From IMG/VR virus record IMGVR_UViG_3300018080_006015, positions 55,630 through 119,629 of that record: 64,000 nucleotides of DNA; one strand, given 5' to 3'. The stretch is from a virus. The notes beneath the pieces are model-generated. The model did not search any database, had not been told where the DNA came from, and saw nothing but the letters and a program-made list of their open reading frames with translations. Made by a program: the position numbers and the translations under genes. Numbering within the stretch: position 1 is the stretch's first letter; every line of letters starts with the position of its first letter. Positions 42,901 to 48,800 of this stretch are shown one piece after another.

Positions 42901-43888
42901 AAACGATGCCCAACCACCATCCGTTATACCTCCTGTTGTAGGTGGTTTCTGTTTGTTGGTCGGCAAGATAATTATTGACAAGGACGACACATCTTTCACA
43001 GCAGTGCTAACGCCATTTACAACTTCCTTTAGCGGATCTATTGTACAAAATCACAATGATCTGGCAGGTATACAGGGCGGTACAGGCAGCGAGTATTACC
43101 ATTTGACTGCCGCAGAATATTCTGATCTCGGATTATGGACAGATGGCGGAACGGTATTGTACCCATCTGATAGTGAGACCGTAGTTATTGGCGATACAAC
43201 AATGTCTGGAGCGGAAACCCTTAGAGTTGTTGGTGATGCGTTAGTTGAAGGTGACACTACTATTACAGGTAAACTCACTGTAGATGGGTATATTGACCCC
43301 GTTGGTATTACTATAGAAGATGGTGCTGGCAATGGCGCATTCTTTGATGTTGGACCAGGTGATTCTGTCGATTTTAGTCCTGGAGGAATGGGCAGGCTTC
43401 GATATAATTCTGCTACTGATAAATTTGAAGTATCAACAAATGGTGGTAATTTTAGTGAAATAGCTATTGGAAACGCAAATGTTATATCAGGGTTAACTAC
43501 GACAGGACTATCAGAGGGTGATTTTGGTTATGTTTCCGACGCAGATATCGTATCTAAAACAGATTCAAAAACAGAAGCATCATCTTATTCTATAGGAGCT
43601 AACGAAGGAATTGTTGGAACTATAACTATTTCTGGTGTAATTGAAAATGCAAAATTTACAACAACAGGTGGTGAGCCGGCCAATGGTGCTCCAGTTTATT
43701 TGGCATCCTCAGATGAAGAAGCAAATGCAACCGGCAAATTAACAGCAACCGCACCAACCGGACAAGGTAGCGGAGCCGGTGCAGGAAATTTTGTTGCTGA
43801 AGTTGGTATTTGTATAAGCAATGGTAATTACGCGGGATCTAAAACATGTAAAATTCTTTTGCAACAAAAAAGAGTTGTTAGTGTATGA
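27929..43888 (+). CDS. Giant Gly-rich modular fibre/virion protein (5319 aa)
   Basis: Uninterrupted 16 kb ORF with nine GKLTVxGxxDP modules, about 38 DGY and a HNDLAGIQGG..EYYHLT fibre motif; C-terminal domain shared with 44110. Confidence 0.82.
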   Translation: MANGFIYNRSIPEIRLIDGYDQNDVVIISGDRDSGLNLGVTADLDVPGPPPISFITSFGPGVVNTGVVSATMDRPAPMVDSSSGLVCYFAQAEEHAGDIDTTLIGGFAAIEPVRSPFGHAHAAAFVASGNPVTGDDWDSTLFCLDTNCVITTITGFDGYGRYFLVQTGDGYEQSGGDAIFALGDSYGSTPDTYGGNLLVRPGLSEVGFPAGDHGKVVLEARASDQQLLAVRGFAGQTRDLVTFTDETATTYSGITADGRYFLIDGAMPGYVLTSDAFGIVRWAPPTGDGYDGYSYWSLNGTDIHPIDVAYNVAIGDIATSGGGEVFYVSGRSFMDGGSLPPFSDALLVEANCDNGNVSVIEASIQRINPLGPGEIVSAIKVGAENVLGDHPSSAMAGILFDAPTINDSNPPSGAIVVFGDSASGNYYQGTVVALDHDLNLSCDRIFSGPGDGPNVAVFAASGVSNGVGGVISMQTGSADAAGAPPGTALAGGALLFQTGDSSSSAAAIDGPLMYFLCGNASSTNGDPATGGGVQFNMGYGDGIGGRTGEFIINDPVMNKYVRVDFDGYSTRLNGGLDPNLSNAQFEIHADTNTTNGPGASLALFASNATYDFGPSGFDGGNIWLHTGDGYQIGGSGGSGGNVNILCGSAAAGGSGFGGGVIVSLGESDDYDRHGRFTVESTVGGPYCSTYSSSPDTIDIVGFAQSTFRLSSETIGDGVPGTSFFITASNGNASLPGGYVGGDLSLVAGHGAVNGLFDADGGGLYLFGGDATSGNIGADGGSIYFHPGEGAGAGFGGAVVMQAAEGHIGEFVRMQTTDGYPVFSAGVEGWVEIGSATDPTDLGDFSSGIDGYARLFYDQSEGAINLFSGNGVATAVLSANVNGGFLGLGTVGPFGSEQLSVVGDAYIGGKLTVVGALDPISVSILDTIGAGDGAYYEAYDGSGVAPVGPGDSFGRIRYNNLSQSWEASTPITGGWLPIGGGGPSGDGYWSLSDGYILYPQNTNYDVVIGGTDVTGDGEKLRVQGLTLLEGQPGQEDAVIVSGWCDFDDATVVNVEMQRFSGLGPYEAVHGYKTEVTSIPSDHVDSLTSAFTADVPEIGNPAAWSSAFTLFGNDSSFDSYTFALLSVDQNLNIVAARSPSGGLHSPHIQLATTTPMDGYAGDIIINPGSSNAANPNSAYNGSNLDIITGNGSASGFGYAADGGHVEVELGGGASGDGTTPAMGGGFYVKLGAGDGVGALGGVFHIANSPTTNNNMLELTENDGTTKIAVLGSPGYFNLGQIYVASGAGDLAAGDGYNYLYYDASEMRLMMTDLLGNQQITLEADTNGGYIGVGGGATIPAGPEQLRVANNAVIEGALAVNASGMAGNETLRVDGVAGQPMATFIRPGSTCASSQIAIDVQARGDILAGDTCQVVRILGGIGANNAGSTGIALDVNAESDGSWTAGASGIGLKLSGGKVDSDGTFIVEHILQPATIGGNPSYVDTILKVEKAGGTLVDNYFEIVDLTTAASPIFSVSETLFNCTLDAEFNADVQIDGKLTVDGYIDPIGIIIESLTNDAFLELGDGQNAVVSGPGTGRLIYNDSTQAFMMSVDGGPYRIIGTGGGGGDGYWERDESGFLYPVFSGDDIALGSDPASIGVIRLNNNEGIYWNNTLGTGDIRGLFVDSNNDVLIGSTGGSQRDVVLNVPTGNELRMQINSSDMVEVASNYIILNPRQLVFDSSTSSPIIYQDQDITPGVTGQNLTVQAQNCPGGGGAAGGSLYLEPGNGNIAGSVVITDAITPIITVNVNGVEIGDPLFRFDKSISTPTIYHEDSDGYTSSLTVRAQGTTLNSGTGGNLNILGGSAAFGGGSTGGSVVIQAGAGDTEGSVLIRESAGTTWLSFAGGNINFSNGTTAVTASSNPTFNFGSGLSTFEGDVQIDGKLTVDGYLDPVAVIIDSATNDAFLEFNAGENAALSPSDAGRIIYDNTSKSFMASVDGGAYVALGSGTGDGYWGRDVTGFLYPIVPTDGVQIGGELEMDNNIILNKSMVGAGSPSHLIELIGETSVADRSVYIYNNSWAAVDNYGIRLDDDSNNLCAEFGFGAGLGSIWRFNNASGGMRLHTESGVEIWALSQAGSWNIQNLHGIQFTQPGFSGGASANAFRVIGGAHVELPASTERSDISFELGRDVEFAAGALAQQRAVIVEAPTYKFDGASTLTTAATFAIEGAPSEGTNATITNSYALWVQSGDSSFGGDIYFDSSVLSPTIQQNNTTVGDGENLRVAAQSSSAIGSAGGNLTLAAGYGTDGYGGHLGLYAGSSAVSGIGGNVYLTPGEGTTVGQVIIREPFGGTSIVTFDDTSVESPGNPTWNFGSSLATFEGDVQIDGKLTVDGYLDPIAVIIESATDDAFLQLSAGENADISSANECRLIYDSVGARLLVSANGGPYSPIDGYAGSSPWTYIGGVLYPDNYITDAVVIGDNAVVGSESLRVVGNTSLLGNVVIEEGTTNPSILQLTKTSGAAQTLSISAQSSNDSSGGPLTLNAGSGYTTGGDINVNAGDGYTWGNGGAIRLRGGDATGILGSGGHVYIQGGDSVGGTQGYIITNSSQVVFKDFSGTTFASISNDNEALYFSGGSSPTIQHLATNTFTNPLSIIGQNSSTEDGGNVVISGGDATGATDKSGGDVELYGGSGNGIGVAGIVHLFGSGHILTVDGYDRVGVSDVVTIDVAKDRSDAFRLMEDTNLYMQVFTDIGSESIVFGGTTNPDYEFFGTGTATFEGDVEIGGKLTVDGYIDPVAVIIESATNDAYLGLSAGQNASRSAADEGKIIYNAVSQKFQLSANGNAFVDLATGGSSEWNRTGDVLTPATASVNYWEFDSTALDPVITQADEDGYDVTAQTLTIKGQDVTGNLSVGGAVEIWGGAAALDSGDGGDVIIHGGNAPSAVGGDVILRQSGGFNTGAIRIQNVASDDILSFSSNQISGLANNPTWLFGTGSANFGADLTVVGELNAGSVDVSDYVEIGGSPADSGAIRLENADVINFRENGGLGNIRALTVDVNDDIFVGSNSTYQRDVVLHVPTGNNIRMQYGPGITTAARFVTGANAVAMDLTDGSAAGVGNLNEGRLRYNNVTETFQVSTNHGSYEDILTGAFPEVSKWTKDGYVLYPNDYENEIVVIGDTSPFTDEILSVHGKQVIDAGALGDNDFGLSVVGYLDGTQTALIWSHMVRDGYWGVNGLAGAIGADVATQIGDDPDSNVAAFVATPPAIYSTDPNTYAFLAMSGGGTGYETTLGALEQDLLIRTDVPVGAPDGYGYDIILETGPGTAASGAYRGGEITLRAGNAVAAVGSRSDGASIFVETGDAASNGGGNADGGDFEVLLGDGAGGGSTGSMVVRAGLGNDDYVVFENNSGARSLTAGGLGWAYVGSASDPSAPGDFAAGYQNSTRMFFSRDLETFQLFDGTNANTFAIEIDSGYVGIGSGATGGPSGTELLQVDGDAYITGKLTVDGYLDPIGVIIESPTFDAFLELGVGDGASLAPPDTARLIYDQYNNKLRVSYSGAPYQDVGGDGYGASLWTQVGDNMWPAAGTSANVIVGDFSQDGYEKFKVVGDLGQSVMYVERPESDITDDKETSVTFNLTPNNIVSGGEVGAVHIQAGARGDIGSDTFAVGLAIDSVWEGNMASDSVASAMIVECGTRSTNAEYTAGAIFVLPEEIEGGYDSGLSDMLRLLNEGGTLGNFINCEMPGEISAFKVTGDGYVGIGQANPTTQLDVVGKTILQDLQITGSLTSDGYVLTSDSLGNAVWAPAGGGSYWQRDPVEGIVYPSVLTDSIGAPADIISVNGGMLYWRDSTDTLDIEVLTLDASDNIIVGQNTTDFNNIALSVGNSGVIEMQTGGLARYTVESNGNLTMEGDFDFVPDGDGQGEIGTTGSRFASSHFSSYMAVGVGAGLPSVGAVRLQNNLAIEWSSAAINDVQVLSLDNSDQINVGSLDADLAGIIYNTPSSTFHSLRINNASILELASAFVEVSPADLRFDNDVNNPIFRQFDDTNDSATGWLFTIHAQDMTSNVDTTGGDLLIRAGNANTGGTGTGGTLHLRAGNSTTEGSVIIEQSDGTGMMSFASDTNTVTAPSNPTWNFGTGVATFGNEVNATSFDATNFIEIGSSPATVGALRMTNNHSVYWRNEQGTSDIRTLFVDGYNNITLGDDLGDVNDVVIYAALNKEIHLDVNNDTRFSVSETGVQCYENATFLEDILVVGDADFEGDVQIDGKLTVDGYIDPIGITIEDHYGNGAYMEIGDGTAAPLSSPGMCRVIYDSTAQELLASFGGNAYEVIGTGGSSDGYWSYDSVTGTLYPKLDWTNDTLVLGDNEMAGAEMMRVTGAVRFESHMELGTILPGNGAIRMESDSAIVARNFGDSADINLISNEREGATDQCNIIIGNNDATALNDMQFNLPTGGAYQSLIAGTRYMRLQESELLLGASGSGYNLNFDAGVSDPSIFQITSPDNGITGNELRVRAQSVSGTVSHGGLLVLGGGDADDGHGGGAILFGGDGTGGGAYNGGTVTLRPGQGGSNNGTISIEDATETAQIVVDDDEVDFVGSAVVSTGNPTWNFGTGAATFEGDVQIDGKLTVDGYLDPIAVIIESATTDAFLELGAGENSSPSLAGTGRIRYNSSTDKFEMSENGGSYGEIPTGSVEWNRTSDTLSPSTSSVNEIEFGATAGDISITQANNTTGNGSTITISGQTSGGGNGDGGNVVIEGGVPHGSGAPGYVDLDIQHMAGSTYSTLKDAINQQFTPTVITGGNITDNGDGTVAVTAGTGIIKTTDSRYGETIFIDWAANNSLSLTDESINFIYCDYNGGSPQLSVETVDTNLWNQTRIRVGMVWRDGTVAHIWVANSEFNSLGGQCSRRFWEDQGAHRTSGMIISETGTRNFALTSGVFWAGFSKTTTPSFDMSGADTFNYYYTSDSGTSWTKVTGQTQINNTQYNDITAGLSTLSNNRYGVHWVYVDVAGDEVHVVYGQGNYLLAQANDAQPPSVIPPVVGGFCLLVGKIIIDKDDTSFTAVLTPFTTSFSGSIVQNHNDLAGIQGGTGSEYYHLTAAEYSDLGLWTDGGTVLYPSDSETVVIGDTTMSGAETLRVVGDALVEGDTTITGKLTVDGYIDPVGITIEDGAGNGAFFDVGPGDSVDFSPGGMGRLRYNSATDKFEVSTNGGNFSEIAIGNANVISGLTTTGLSEGDFGYVSDADIVSKTDSKTEASSYSIGANEGIVGTITISGVIENAKFTTTGGEPANGAPVYLASSDEEANATGKLTATAPTGQGSGAGAGNFVAEVGICISNGNYAGSKTCKILLQQKRVVSV

Positions 43889-44109
43889 TGTACAACTAAT
43901 TTAACTAATAATTTAACATAAAAACGAAATGCTAAATATTACTATTTTATTTGGAGCGTGGGGGCCGAATATAAACGTTTTAGTCTGTTAACGAATTTTA
44001 TTAAGATTTTCGGGGAAGTCGACTGTCTCTGTTTTAAGAAAATAAAAAAAATAATATTTAAAGGAGGAATATAATCTTACTTTTTTAAAACAACTGAGGA
44101 GCAAAAAAA

Positions 44110-45819
44110 ATGACTGACTATCGTCCAATTTATATTAGTGGCGGGAAAGTTATTCAACTTTCTACATCAGACGGTATTGAAGCTGGAACTCAGATTTCAG
44201 CCTCAAGCGGATCTGACTTAACATTAACTGCTAATGCTGCAATTTCTATAGCATCTGGCATAAATTTAGCATCAGCAGGTGGCGCTGCTGATTTTGACTT
44301 TTCTGGCTCTAGTGGTACGTTTAAGACATCTACTGGAGATGTTACTGTTGGAGGTGCTGCAACGTTCACATCTTCAATGGCTATGACAGGATCTAATATT
44401 GATCTAGATCCTACTGGTACTTTTGCATTAGATATGGATGCCTCTCAAACTGTAACAATTACTGTTGCTGATGATTTGGCTAATTCCTTTCTATTACAAG
44501 AAGGCGGAAATGCGTACTTTAGCATCACCACAACCAATGATTCTGAGGCAATAAACATTGGTAATGCTACAACTAATCCCGATTTAAGTCAATTAGGAAC
44601 TGGTCAAGTAACATTTGCTGGTAATGTTGATGCTACCAACGGTTTGGATGTCACCACAGCCGCTTTGACCGCAGCTGCTGGATTGACTGTTAGTGGTGAT
44701 GCAATTACCATGACAGGATCTAATATCGATTTAGATCCAACTGGTACTTTTGCTTTAGATATGGATGCGGCACAAACTGCAACAATTACTGTTGCTGATG
44801 ATTTGGCTGATGCATTCCTATTACAAGAAGGTGCAAATGCATATATAGATGTTACCACAACTACTGACTCAGAAGCAATAAACTTAGGTAATGCCTCAAC
44901 TAATCCCGATTTAAGTCAATTAGGAACTGGTCAAGTAACATTTGCTGGTAATGTTGATGCTACTAATGGTTTAGATGTTACTACAGCTGCTTTGACTGCA
45001 GCCGCTGGTTTAACTATAAGTGGCGATGCAATTACCATGACAGGATCTAATATCGATTTGGATCCTACTGGTACTTTTGCCTTGGATATGGACGCCTCTC
45101 AAACCGTAACAATTACTGTTGCGGACAATTTGGGCGATGCACTTCTAGTACAAGAAGGTGGCAATGCGTATATTGATATTACCACAACAGATTCTTCTGA
45201 AAAGGTTGAGTTTGGTAATGCCACAAGCAATCCCGATTATGAGTTTTTAGGTAGTGGGCTTGTTGATTTGGCAAATGGTACTGCAGAAATTCCTGGCGGC
45301 ACCAGCTTGACAGTTGGCGCTGTTCAATGTACGGCCGGTGTAACTGGTACCAATTTGAATACATTAACTGATGGTTCGAATGCCGATGCATTACATACAC
45401 ATAGTGGTCTTTCTAGTAGCCAAGTTGTTGTTGCTGGTTTAACAACTACCGGATTAGCTGATGGTGATTTTGGTTATGTAAGCGCTAATGGCACTATGAC
45501 TAAAACTGATGCAACTACAGAAGCAAAATCTTATATGTTTGGCGCTAATGAAGGCACTGCTAGCAGCATGACTGTTGGTGGTGTTGTAGAAAACGCAAAG
45601 TTTACAACTGACGGTGGTTCTCCATCAGCTGGTGATCCTGTATATCTAGCCTTAGGAACCGCAGATACTGGAACTGGAGCTGGCAAGTTAACAGCCACAG
45701 CCCCAACAACCGCAGGTCAATATGTGGCAGAGGTTGGAATTTGTTTGGATAATTCTAATTATGACGCCAGCAAAACCTGCGAGGTATTGTTAAGACCCAA
45801 AGTTGTTGTTGCTCTATAA
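44110..45819 (+). CDS. Repeat-containing virion-like protein (569 aa)
   Basis: GAGGAG RBS; 109-aa tandem repeats; ADALHTH motif; C-terminal domain paralogous to 27929. Confidence 0.75.
   Translation: MTDYRPIYISGGKVIQLSTSDGIEAGTQISASSGSDLTLTANAAISIASGINLASAGGAADFDFSGSSGTFKTSTGDVTVGGAATFTSSMAMTGSNIDLDPTGTFALDMDASQTVTITVADDLANSFLLQEGGNAYFSITTTNDSEAINIGNATTNPDLSQLGTGQVTFAGNVDATNGLDVTTAALTAAAGLTVSGDAITMTGSNIDLDPTGTFALDMDAAQTATITVADDLADAFLLQEGANAYIDVTTTTDSEAINLGNASTNPDLSQLGTGQVTFAGNVDATNGLDVTTAALTAAAGLTISGDAITMTGSNIDLDPTGTFALDMDASQTVTITVADNLGDALLVQEGGNAYIDITTTDSSEKVEFGNATSNPDYEFLGSGLVDLANGTAEIPGGTSLTVGAVQCTAGVTGTNLNTLTDGSNADALHTHSGLSSSQVVVAGLTTTGLADGDFGYVSANGTMTKTDATTEAKSYMFGANEGTASSMTVGGVVENAKFTTDGGSPSAGDPVYLALGTADTGTGAGKLTATAPTTAGQYVAEVGICLDNSNYDASKTCEVLLRPKVVVAL
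44383..45260 (+). repeat. Intragenic tandem repeat, 327-bp period, ~2.7 copies
   Basis: atgacaggatctaatat(t/c)gat starts at 44383, 44710 and 45037; long identical runs between copies, e.g. aatcccgatttaagtcaattaggaactggtcaagtaacatttgctggtaatgttgatgctac. Confidence 0.93.
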
Positions 45820-45870
45820 TTAATGGTAAAGTGTAGGATTCAAATAGAGTTATAAAACGGAGAAAATACA

Positions 45871-48800
45871 TTGGCACAACGCAGATATCTCACCATTGTT
45901 ACTGGCGAACACGAACTTCACAATGAATCTTCTGACTCTCTTAGAATAGATTCGATTGGAATTGGGACCGATCCATCGGCGAATTCTGGAGAGTTTTTAG
46001 CTACTCAAGGTGTTGTTGGTAATAGTGCTTTGTCTGGAAATGGTGAGATTTTGCGTGTCAGTGGTGGCGCATTATTTGATGGCGTGGACTTAACTGTTCC
46101 CGCCATATATGCTACGGCGGAAGTGGCAGACGCTAATTTAACAGCAGTAATAAATATAGCAACTACAAGAGATGGTGCAACTACAGCTGGCCATATGTGG
46201 TCTGCTATGTCCGCTTCTCCACAAGGACATGCCAGTGATGACAGCACTGCGTATTTGGGGGCTTATGTTGCTTCTCCCATAACCAAGAACTCTAGTGCCG
46301 CCCTATTTTCTGGGTTTGGTGTAGTAAATGTTGGTGGAGACGCGGATTATGACTATTCCCTCGTCTCTCTTGGCGGCGATTTGAACTTAGCTGCTTTTAA
46401 TACGGCAGGGGACACGAATGGTCCTTCTGTTTCTATAGAAGCTGCGGATGCTGTTGCAAGCGGAAACGGCGACGGCGGAAGCATCGCTCTTACTCCCGGA
46501 GCAAAAGACGGCACAGGGGCCGACGGCTCTGTGCTCATTGGCAACCCCAGTACCAATGCAGCCGCCTTGGACTTCGATGCCGGATCGGCATGCGACAATG
46601 GTCCGTCTGGTGGCATGCGACTGCGCTACAACCAAGGAACCAACAAGGGGCAGCTGTCGCTTAACGGTGCGTCGTTTGTCGACATCGCTACTGGCTCTAT
46701 TCCGACACTTGAATGGACGCGCTCGTCTACTGTGCTCTATCCGTCGGAGTCTACAGTAAACAAGTGGCAGTTTGATACGTCTGTTTCCGGGGCTACGATT
46801 TGCATTGACAGCAACAGCAGTACAGCTGCCAATCTCACTATTCACGCACAGGACACCTCCTCTGGCGAAGGCGGCGATATAATCATCGCCTCCGGTGCTG
46901 GCACAACGGGGACGCCGAAAATTGGGCTGTATGTGGACAATGGCATCACTGCTCTTGTCGATTTTTACACAAGCTCCCAGGTTGCCACACAACAGTTCAG
47001 CAATTTATACACAGGTGGTGTGCTCATCGAGCAAGCCCAGAAAGCCGACGACGGCGCCGACATGTCCATCAAGGCGCAAACGTCAACTAGCGGCACTGGT
47101 GGAGATCTGAACTTGTATGCTGGTGGGGCAACAACCACCGCGGGCGATGTAAACGTCTATTCTGGCAATGGATCAACAGACGGACAGATTGTCCTACACA
47201 GCGCAAGCAGTGAAATATGGCGTGCGTACAGAAGCTCTAGCAACCCATATTTGAAGGGAACCGGCGTTTCTCACATAGAGTCTACAGACAGTCTGCACCT
47301 AGACGTCAGTGGAAATTATCTGTACCTGAACGTTCCGTTTTATGCCGTATTCGGCAATGACAGCAGCAACCCTGCACTAACCGTCAACGTCGACTATGAC
47401 GGAGCAACCGGCCTGGAGTTCGCCAATACTGTAACCAGTGCAAAGATCGACTTCACCGATAAGTCAAGTGGTAATGGTGTCGATCTGACACTCGCCGGTC
47501 AGACAACGTCTTCCGGAGAAGGTGGGGATGTGGTCATTGGCGCGGGCAGCGGAACGAGCGGAACGCCGAAAGTTACGTTGTGCGGGGATGAGGGTGTGAC
47601 CCAGTGGGCCAGCTTCTACAACTTCCATCTTGTGTTCAATACGCAGCTTGGAGGCTCACCTGCAGCTGGCGGAATTGGCTATGATGGTTCGTCGTTCGAG
47701 ATGACGGACGCAACCGGGACATTCAATCCAAGGAGCACCGGGCTATTTACGCAGGACACAGGATTTGCGTACCTGACCACTACAACTGACATTCTGGTTG
47801 CTGGTGCTTCTTCGGTTGGCGCTGACACGACAGGGCTGATTCTTCGCGGCCATGGCGCGCTTGCGCTAGGCACCGCCACGGGAACCGCCTTGCCCGGCTC
47901 CGGTCTTGTAAGACTGCCACAGGGGGAAAATCTTGGCGTCACGTTCAGGATGTCTGGTTACGATCTTCAGGGCATCCACCTGAACGACGGGGACGATGTC
48001 GTAATCGGCTCTGCGACAGGAAGCACAAGAGCGGACTACATCCAGCTGTGGCCAGGCGTCGGCCTAGACATCAACATCGGTACCGATGACATCATCGACA
48101 TCTCATCAACGGCCATTACCTGGGATGATGCTGTCAATACACCGACCATCACCCACGGGGCGTTGACGACTGGTGTTGCAACACATCTGACCATTGAGGC
48201 TCAGTCTAACTCTGGCGACGGTGGCTCGTACGATGCTGGAGATCTGTTGCTCAACGCTGGCAGTCAAACTAGCTCCGGCGCGGCAGGTGGAGACGGTGGT
48301 AACGTTGTCATCACCGCGGGTGACAGTACCAAGCAATCGGCCGGCTCGATTACGCTAGAAACACCGGACGCCGCATCTGGCTGGGGCGGCAAGCCTGTAT
48401 ATATCCGCCCAGGCAGTGTTACTCATACCTCGTTCGAGCGCGGCGGATCTAGCAAGAACTCGTTCACCACCGGATCAGCTCAGACCACATACGCATTTGA
48501 GCACGGTGCTACCAACGGACTGTTTGAGTTTACAACACAGGGAACCACCGACTACACCGAGTTTAAGACGACGACTCTACGCGTTTCCACCAATGCCGGA
48601 ACAGAGCATACGCGAATATATGCCAGTGGAACAAACAGCGTAATAGAATCCACGGGATCTAGCGGCGAAATACAGCTGTTTACGAACTCCACTCAGCATT
48701 ACACCGTCCGAAACGACGGCTCGATAAAGATGGAGACGGACTCCACCTTCTGGCCACCAGCCGACGGCAACGGCTACCTCGGTAGCGACAGCGTGTCGTG

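Noticed and set aside
9300-43888. GATGGTTAT as a DNA-level repeat, Chi-like site or CRISPR repeat
   Set aside because: In the copies I checked it is in frame as DGY, the synonymous positions vary and the spacing is irregular, so it is a protein-level signal.
9300-43888. RTX toxin, autotransporter or S-layer genes of a cellular genome
   Set aside because: No GGxGxDxL nonamer arrays, signal peptides, beta-barrel or secretion genes; the flanking gene content is phage-like.
27929-43888. Tape measure protein
   Set aside because: The sequence is Gly/Asp/beta-rich and modular, not Ala/Leu helical.
43889-44109. tRNA or known riboswitch in the intergenic gap
   Set aside because: No cloverleaf, T-loop (GTTCRA) or recognisable aptamer consensus.
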